Assembly (NCBI GenBank): GCA_016191105.1
Contig: JACPPH010000008.1
Coordinates: 2,667-66,666, forward strand
DNA from: Candidatus Saccharimonadota bacterium
GTDB lineage: Bacteria; Patescibacteriota; Saccharimonadia; CAILAD01; BJGX01
Direction: 5' to 3'
DNA: 64,000 nt
Shown here: positions 58,682 to 64,000 of the stretch, one piece after another
Position numbering within the stretch: the stretch's first letter is position 1
How the letters are laid out: each line of letters begins with the position of its first letter
Made by a program: the position numbers and the translations under genes
The notes under the pieces: generated by a model
What the model was told of the DNA's origin: nothing
The model's database searches: none
Seen by the model: only the letters and a program-made list of their open reading frames with translations

Positions 58682-59124
58682 GCGCGCTATTATACTCTAA
58701 ACCTGTCTAGTGTCTCTAGTCTGTTAAGTGAAAGACAGGCTGTTGAGTGCCGGTCGTTAGTTTTTGTAAGGAAGCATATCTATCGATACGCAGACGAGCA
58801 AAACTGGCGAATGATGCCAACAGTATTTTATTGAGGCTGGAGTAGAAACGCTAGATAGGCTACATGATTGCAGGGTAAAAACATAAGCACTGTTCCCGCA
58901 CTTTTGAAATCGACTGCATTGTTACACCGAAGTGAGCGAGAATGATTTTGTTTGAACGAAGACTAGCCAAAAGCTAATTAGAGTGAGAAAAAATCATTCG
59001 CAGCCGCTTTCTGTGTGCAATGAAGTATTGATTAAAGTGTTGGAGCAGTACTAACATATAACGGCAAACGCCCCGATCCTTTTTGGAGATCGGAGCGTTG
59101 AAACCGTACTTCTGTTGAACAAGC

Positions 59125-60228
59125 TCAGGCGGCGACCTTCACCCGGCCACGAATGAGCTTCTTGATGGACTTGGCGGACTTGCGACGAGCCGCATCGTTG
59201 TGCACCACCACCTCCAGGGCATCGGTGAACGCCAGTAGCTGCAGCGAAAGATCGCTATAGCCTTCGTCGAAAGGTTCCCACGAGACAGCCTGGCGAAGTT
59301 CGTTGAACACCTGGGACGTTCTGAACTCCGGGAAGTCGCGGATCAGGGTAACCAACCCACTGGCCGCACACATCTGGCGCTCAGCCAGGTAGGCGCTAAT
59401 GACCAGGCCGATGTCTTCATCTGCCACAACTCCGTGCCTGCTGTGCTGCTTGGCAAACTGCCCGGCATTGCACAGTGGGTTGAAGATAGCGGCGCCTACA
59501 AGGCTGCGAACCGCCGCACTTGCATCTGACGTGCCCTCAGCTTCGAGCAGACGATCGAAGAGTTCGTCGACATGCACCTGAACAGCTCGTGCCAGCAGGA
59601 TCATGTCGGCGGCAGAACCGGCGGCCTTTTCGTTGAACTCCCATTGGGCGTCGAACCGCCGGATGGCCGCCGACCACCGCCATCGCATTGCGCTCGGGTT
59701 GTCGCGCGGTGGCTTGTGCCGATCGCGCAGGGCTGCGGAAGCACCGACCTTTGCCGATGCTTGCAGCAAGCGCTCACGAATAGCCGGCGCATAGCGTAGC
59801 GACATCCCGGCCAGTACGGCAAGCATGTCGGCGCGCTTGGCCACGTCGTCTTTGACGGCATACCAGTTAACGCCCAGGAGCTCGCTGTAACTACGCAAGA
59901 TCTCGGCGTCGCCGCTGAGCTCAGACGACCGCTTTCGAATACTTTCGTCGGCGTTTTCGGCACCACGCAGCCAGGCGTCGAAGGTGGTGGGGTGGAACCC
60001 GGCCTCTTTCCAGACCTCGTTGTGGCGCATATAGATGATCTGGCCGATCCGGTACTGATAATCCGGATTAGTGGCGGCCACGATCACATTCGCCTTGGTG
60101 TTGCGCCACCTGTCACGCGGTTCTTTCTGGTACTGCAGTGTGCGGTAGGTGAACTTGCCGTGTCCCAGCTTGCGCCAGGGGAGACTGTTGTCGGAGTGTT
60201 TACGCACACTCCACTTAAATAGAGCCAT
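59125..60228 (-). CDS. Hypothetical protein (high GC), adjacent to tRNA-Asn
   Basis: 367-aa ORF with no recognisable motifs. Clearly higher GC than its surroundings. Confidence 0.5.
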   Translation of the reverse strand: MALFKWSVRKHSDNSLPWRKLGHGKFTYRTLQYQKEPRDRWRNTKANVIVAATNPDYQYRIGQIIYMRHNEVWKEAGFHPTTFDAWLRGAENADESIRKRSSELSGDAEILRSYSELLGVNWYAVKDDVAKRADMLAVLAGMSLRYAPAIRERLLQASAKVGASAALRDRHKPPRDNPSAMRWRWSAAIRRFDAQWEFNEKAAGSAADMILLARAVQVHVDELFDRLLEAEGTSDASAAVRSLVGAAIFNPLCNAGQFAKQHSRHGVVADEDIGLVISAYLAERQMCAASGLVTLIRDFPEFRTSQVFNELRQAVSWEPFDEGYSDLSLQLLAFTDALEVVVHNDAARRKSAKSIKKLIRGRVKVAA

Positions 60229-60292
60229 GTCTCCTCCCGGAGCTAGTTGTGATTTGTACGGTTTAGCGCAAGTATTTTAACATAACTCCACC

Positions 60293-60322
60293 TTGACTTC
60301 AAGGGCCCCATATCTGTATAAT
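60293..60322 (+). promoter_or_regulatory. Sigma-70-like promoter upstream of the tRNA-Asn locus
   Basis: TTGACT, an 18-nt spacer, then TATAAT. Confidence 0.6.
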
Positions 60323-60340
60323 CGGTGGGTATTACGCCAT

Positions 60341-60381
60341 TCCGGAGTAGCTCTTCGCTGTACAGCGAAGGTAGAGCAATT
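60341..60381 (+). other. tRNA-Asn-derived 5' pseudo-fragment containing a palindromic hairpin
   Basis: TCCGGAGTAGCTC, then TTCGCTGTACAGCGAAGG, then TAGAGCAATT. This matches the tRNA-Asn 5' end with the D-loop replaced by a CGCTGTACAGCG palindrome. Confidence 0.55.
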
Positions 60382-60398
60382 TCAGAATAAGCAGTTTA

Positions 60399-60473
60399 TC
60401 CGGAGTAGCTCAATGGTAGAGCAATTCGCTGTTAACGAAAAGGTTGCCGGTTCGAATCCGGCCTCCGGAGCCA
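60399..60473 (+). tRNA. tRNA-Asn (anticodon GTT)
   Basis: Acceptor TCCGGAG/CTCCGGA. D-arm GCTCAATGGTAGAGC. Anticodon loop CTGTTAA. T-arm GCCGGTTCGAATCCGGC. CCA is encoded. Confidence 0.85.
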
Positions 60474-60480
60474 TGAAAAG

Positions 60481-60508
60481 CGCCCGAGTTTTGCCTCGGG
60501 CTTTTTTC
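60481..60508 (+). terminator. Terminator after tRNA-Asn
   Basis: GCCCGAG-ttttgc-CTCGGGC followed by TTTTTTC. Confidence 0.7.
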
Positions 60509-60598
60509 ATGATGTTCTGAAGTGTCAGAATCGAACCGTAGGTTCGGCGTAGCGATAAAGCGCACAGAAGCTTGCTTCGAGCACTTTTGAGCGGAGAA

Positions 60599-60676
60599 GT
60601 CCGCTGTACAGCGGACGCTATCCGGCCTCCGGAGCCAAAGTACTTATGCTTAAAGAAGCCGTCAGGGCTTCTTTTT
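60599..60676 (+). repeat. Cassette-boundary repeat R1: palindrome, tRNA-Asn 3'-end copy, conserved core and hairpin
   Basis: GTCCGCTGTACAGCGGAC hairpin, then ATCCGGCCTCCGGAGCCA (identical to the tRNA-Asn 3' terminus), then AAGTACTTATGCTTAAAGAAGCC..GGCTTCTTTTT. Confidence 0.65.
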
Positions 60677-60691
60677 GATATGATGTAGGAC

Positions 60692-61891
60692 ATGAGTAAT
60701 GAAGATGTAAGTAAACCTAAAGATTCTGATTCTAGTTTTAATTCAGAATTAACCGATAGCCTTGCTAAAATTCGCGCGACAAATAATGAGATAGAAAAGC
60801 AAGGTAATGGATTTGAATTACAATCTCCTCAGGAATTTCGTGATGACTTTTCGGCTTTGGCACAATATGCCACCGATTTTGTTGGTATAGAAACAATGCA
60901 GTTTGAAGTTACCCAAGCCACTATACCCATTTTTAATGCCCTAAAAGCGGCAAAAGTTAATGGTGCAAAAACTCGTTTTGTTTATGACCGTGTAGCTCGA
61001 GAACATGTTCGCAGTGGCAATGACCAAGCTTGGAGTAAATATGGGAAAACAGTATACAAAGGTAATAAATCAGAGCTACAACAAGCTATTAATTCTCGAG
61101 AACAACAAATAGCCGAGTTAGAAGAACTTGGAATAACACACTCCTCTTTTAGAGACCGTGGTGAAAATGAAAGAGGTAGCCATAACCATATCAAGCTAGC
61201 GATTGTTGATGATGTGGCTTGGTTTGGGACAATGAATTTGCGACAAGTAGATTTTGAGATGAGCAACTTTATGATAAAAGTTACTAACCCTAAATTAGTT
61301 GAGGTGTTAAAAGAAATTTTCTTAAAAACTGAGCCGTCATCGGCAATTGCAGATGAAGTTTTTGTAGGTGAAGAGCATGGATTGTATAAAGATACACAAC
61401 TACTAGTTGATGGTGGAGAAAAAGGTGAATCAGTAATTTATGACAAGGCTTTAGAAATGGCTAAAAGCCTGGGACCAGAAGATGAGTTTATAATGATAAA
61501 CCAGTGGCCGCCAGCTAAGACGATGTTTGGTGAGATTGCAGATGTCCTACAAGAAAAGATAGAGGCTGGTAGTACCGGTTTGTTTTTACTAAGCCCAAAA
61601 GAATATTATCACCCTCTTTCTAAAAAGCTTGGGACAGCTTTTCAAGTATGGCTAAATCAAGAGTCAAAAAAATCTCCAAACTTTAACTTTAAAAATTTAG
61701 TACGACCGACTCATGCTAAGGCTTTTGTTATTAAACGAGCAGATGGTGATATAGAAGTATTGTTTGGGTCTCATAACTTTGCCGAACGGACTGTAAACAA
61801 CGGTACAAAAGAATTGGCAATGTGGAGCAAAGACCCTGAAATAGTTGGACAGATTATGGCTTTTCTTGAAAAAGTGCAGGCTGAGAAATAG
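60692..61891 (+). CDS. Phospholipase D-family (two HKD-like motifs) protein, possible nuclease/phosphodiesterase
   Basis: HIKLAIVDD matches HxKxxxxD, with a second degenerate HAKAFVIK...GSHNF motif. Confidence 0.6.
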   Translation: MSNEDVSKPKDSDSSFNSELTDSLAKIRATNNEIEKQGNGFELQSPQEFRDDFSALAQYATDFVGIETMQFEVTQATIPIFNALKAAKVNGAKTRFVYDRVAREHVRSGNDQAWSKYGKTVYKGNKSELQQAINSREQQIAELEELGITHSSFRDRGENERGSHNHIKLAIVDDVAWFGTMNLRQVDFEMSNFMIKVTNPKLVEVLKEIFLKTEPSSAIADEVFVGEEHGLYKDTQLLVDGGEKGESVIYDKALEMAKSLGPEDEFIMINQWPPAKTMFGEIADVLQEKIEAGSTGLFLLSPKEYYHPLSKKLGTAFQVWLNQESKKSPNFNFKNLVRPTHAKAFVIKRADGDIEVLFGSHNFAERTVNNGTKELAMWSKDPEIVGQIMAFLEKVQAEK

Positions 61892-61893
61892 TG

Positions 61894-61964
61894 GTTCTAA
61901 CTTCCTTCACCACCCGGAGCCAAAGTACTTATGTTTAAGACCCGATTGGGTCTTTTGTTATAAT
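61894..61964 (+). repeat. Cassette-boundary repeat R2
   Basis: GTTCTAACTTC...CGGAGCCAAAGTACTTATGTTTAAGACCCGATTGGGTCTTTTG...TATAAT. The TATAAT lies 7 nt before the next ATG. Confidence 0.65.
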
Positions 61965-61971
61965 TGACTGA

Positions 61972-62424
61972 ATGTTGACTAACACACCAGGCACTGATTG
62001 TTTTTATCGGGTTTCTATTAAGGCCCTGATTTTGAATGAAAAAAATCAGGTACTGCTTATGAAAGAGAAAGATAAGGGATGGGATTTGCCGGGCGGAGGC
62101 TTAGAATGGGACGAAAGCCCTACAGTTGCTTTGGGGCGTGAAATAGAAGAAGAGATAGGTTGCAAGAGTAAGATAAGCAGTCATCCATGGGTGGTGGTGC
62201 CATGGACCAATGTAGATACAGATTATCATTTGTTGAGTATTATTTATTTTGCAAAAATTAACCCAAACGGGGTAAAACCAAACGGTAAAACAACCGATGT
62301 TAAATTTTTTGATATCGATGAGTATGTAGAAATTTTGAATCTTGAAGAAGAAGAGATGTGGCAGACGAATATTGACTACATTTCTGCAGTGAAATCATTA
62401 CCGTCCGTAAGACAGGTTGATTAA
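61972..62424 (+). CDS. NUDIX hydrolase
   Basis: Nudix box GGGLEWDESPTVALGREIEEEIG. Confidence 0.8.
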   Translation: MLTNTPGTDCFYRVSIKALILNEKNQVLLMKEKDKGWDLPGGGLEWDESPTVALGREIEEEIGCKSKISSHPWVVVPWTNVDTDYHLLSIIYFAKINPNGVKPNGKTTDVKFFDIDEYVEILNLEEEEMWQTNIDYISAVKSLPSVRQVD

Positions 62425-62467
62425 ATAGGTATTCAATATTAGAAGTAAGCTTTGTTATACTTGAATT

Positions 62468-63517
62468 ATGCCAGAAGAGCTAAAAAATAACACCGAAGCA
62501 TCTAAGGGCCAACCAAGTCAGCTTGGTAAGGAGTTGAGTGACATTGTGGATGGAAACAATAAAGTTAGAGAGGCTGAGACACAAATCATTATCTCTGGTA
62601 CTCAAGCATATCAAACTGCCGAGAAAGGTAGACCCGAGCTAGAAGACCCAGCAACAGGTATCGTTGAACTGCATTATACTAACAGTTCAGGTTCAGAGAT
62701 AACACTAATTGGCACACATCATGTTAGTGATATGGCTGACCCGGAAGTACAATATCTTGGTGACAAGCTACAGTCTATTTCAGACAAGTCTTCAAAAGTA
62801 CTTATACTCGAAAGTCAGTACGGAGAAGAAGGAGGCATTCCAGATAATCCGGAAGATGCTTTTGGAGAATTTGCATACATGGCGGCTGTTGGGAAGCAAG
62901 CAGGGATTGAAGTTATTCCGGGCGAGCCAGACCCTCATGATACCGCTAAAAAAATACTTGTTGAACGCCCAGGCATTACAAGAGATGAGGTAGCCTTACA
63001 TTATGGCCTGAAAACATTGGTAGGTGTTTTTCGGGATTCTCCTACAGCCTCGCTTGATGCGGTTGCTCCGTACTTACACCATAGCGTTGGCGTAGCAGGC
63101 GACAAGTCAGAGGGAGGTTGGGTTGAAAAAAGCACGACACGAGATGAAGTTGTTAGGATGTCTGAACAGGAAAAGGCGATAATTGTAAAAGAGATGCCTG
63201 CAATCGTAGATAAGCTTAACGCCGAATTTGAAAAAATTAAGCCAGGTGAAAGGCTATTGCAACTTGAGCCAGATGGGAAGCTAACTTTATTATATGACCT
63301 GAACAAACCCCCTGTACTATGGGACCCTTCCCCTGAACAATCTGGAGGCCAGCCTAATGTGATAACTGAGATTTCACGAATGGATATGCTAATGCGAGAT
63401 AGACATACATTCGAGCTGACGGTTCACGCAATCAAACGGGGAAAAGAGCCAATTGTTGCGGTAGGAAGTTCTCATGTCAGCACATTAAAGCCTGCTTTTG
63501 ACGCTGCTTATAGTTAA
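62468..63517 (+). CDS. TraB/GumN-family protein
   Basis: ITLIGTHHVSD (GTxHV) and C-terminal VAVGSSHVS motifs typical of the TraB/PrgY/GumN family. Confidence 0.55.
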   Translation: MPEELKNNTEASKGQPSQLGKELSDIVDGNNKVREAETQIIISGTQAYQTAEKGRPELEDPATGIVELHYTNSSGSEITLIGTHHVSDMADPEVQYLGDKLQSISDKSSKVLILESQYGEEGGIPDNPEDAFGEFAYMAAVGKQAGIEVIPGEPDPHDTAKKILVERPGITRDEVALHYGLKTLVGVFRDSPTASLDAVAPYLHHSVGVAGDKSEGGWVEKSTTRDEVVRMSEQEKAIIVKEMPAIVDKLNAEFEKIKPGERLLQLEPDGKLTLLYDLNKPPVLWDPSPEQSGGQPNVITEISRMDMLMRDRHTFELTVHAIKRGKEPIVAVGSSHVSTLKPAFDAAYS

Positions 63518-63537
63518 GTAAGCTCAGCGAAAAGCTA

Positions 63538-63600
63538 GTTCTAACTTCAGTTACTACACGGAGCCAAAGTACTTATGCTTAAGACCCGAGGGTTTATAAT
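63538..63600 (+). repeat. Cassette-boundary repeat R3
   Basis: GTTCTAACTTC...CGGAGCCAAAGTACTTATGCTTAAGACCCGAGGGTTTATAAT, homologous to R2 over about 60 nt. Confidence 0.65.
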
Positions 63601-63804
63601 GTGAACATGAAAGCTATCGAGCACAAAGTAAAACATCAATATTAGCCTACGGATAATAGTTGTAGTCCAACAGCCTTAAGTATTCCTTTGAGCTATTACG
63701 GCAAAACATTTTCAGTTTGCTTAGCCTTCTCAAAAGACTTATTGAATTGTTTTTTATCTCCCCCCGTAATATTTATCGTTATCTTATAATGATATACTAA
63801 ATTT

Positions 63805-63990
63805 ATGGATACTAAGACCAAAAACGAGATTTTGGAAAAGGCGAAAGCTTGGATGCGAGATGAGCTTGCTGAAGCTCATAAACAAAACACACTAAAACTA
63901 AAAAATGTAGATGAGTTTAATATCAATCCCTTTTTATGGTCATACCTAGCAAATTATTTAGAGGGCAATCAAAACTACAAAAGTTTAGCT
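63805..63990 (+). CDS. Hypothetical protein, 3' end outside window
   Basis: ATG preceded by TATAAT at 63786-63791. Translation MDTKTKNEILEKAKAWMRDELAEAHK... is open to the window end. Confidence 0.45.
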
Positions 63991-64000
63991 AAAGCGCTTA

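Noticed and set aside
60293-60693. ORFs 60293..60520 (+) and 60382..60693 (-) across the tRNA-Asn locus
   Set aside because: They overlap a tRNA gene, terminator hairpins and tRNA-derived repeats. No coding signal.

Overview
The window looks like a 64-kb stretch of a small, moderate-GC bacterial chromosome centred on the replication origin. The gene content and a Gram-positive-style type IV secretion (T4SS) module suggest a Candidate Phyla Radiation / Saccharibacteria-like organism, but that is an inference only. Left to right: groEL (5' end off-window); a small high-GC insert with two hypothetical genes flanked by GC-rich hairpins; a bifunctional PGI/PMI-type sugar isomerase; tRNA-Ser(GGA); comF; hsp20; an orphan solute-binding protein; and five tandem small VirB2/TrbC-like pilin-type membrane-protein paralogs on the minus strand. 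A plus-strand T4SS-like operon follows at 9843-24355: a VirB6-like polytopic membrane protein, a PrgI/VirB3-like protein, a VirB4 ATPase preceded by a VirB4-N-terminal-like ORF, an M23-peptidase cell-wall hydrolase, a multidomain SGNH/lysozyme-like/amidase hydrolase, and three bitopic proteins. It converges on the canonical origin block: DUF721, recF, dnaN, dnaA on the minus strand, then rpmH, rnpA, yidD, yidC, jag and mnmE on the plus strand. DnaA boxes, including a perfect TTATCCACA, and an AT-rich tract lie in the dnaN-dnaA spacer and upstream of dnaA. Downstream are two nucleotidyltransferase-fold genes and a VanW-like gene with a ~130-bp duplicated 3' fragment. A large ABC-transporter-dependent glycan locus spans 35168-58681: manC, fcl, gmd, wzm/wzt, three FkbM/SAM methyltransferases, at least nine glycosyltransferases, an O-antigen-ligase-like protein and a GH5-like hydrolase. 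Two further high-GC genes follow, one an actinobacterial-type LGFP-repeat plus CHAP/NlpC-like hydrolase. The window ends at a tRNA-Asn locus carrying tRNA-derived fragments and three tandem single-gene cassettes (PLD-like, NUDIX, TraB/GumN-like), each bounded by a conserved direct repeat that starts with the tRNA-Asn 3' end. No rRNA, CRISPR array, transposase or integrase was recognised. The most notable points are the origin-adjacent T4SS-like module with its pilin paralog array, the apparent high-GC horizontal acquisitions and the tRNA-Asn cassette array.
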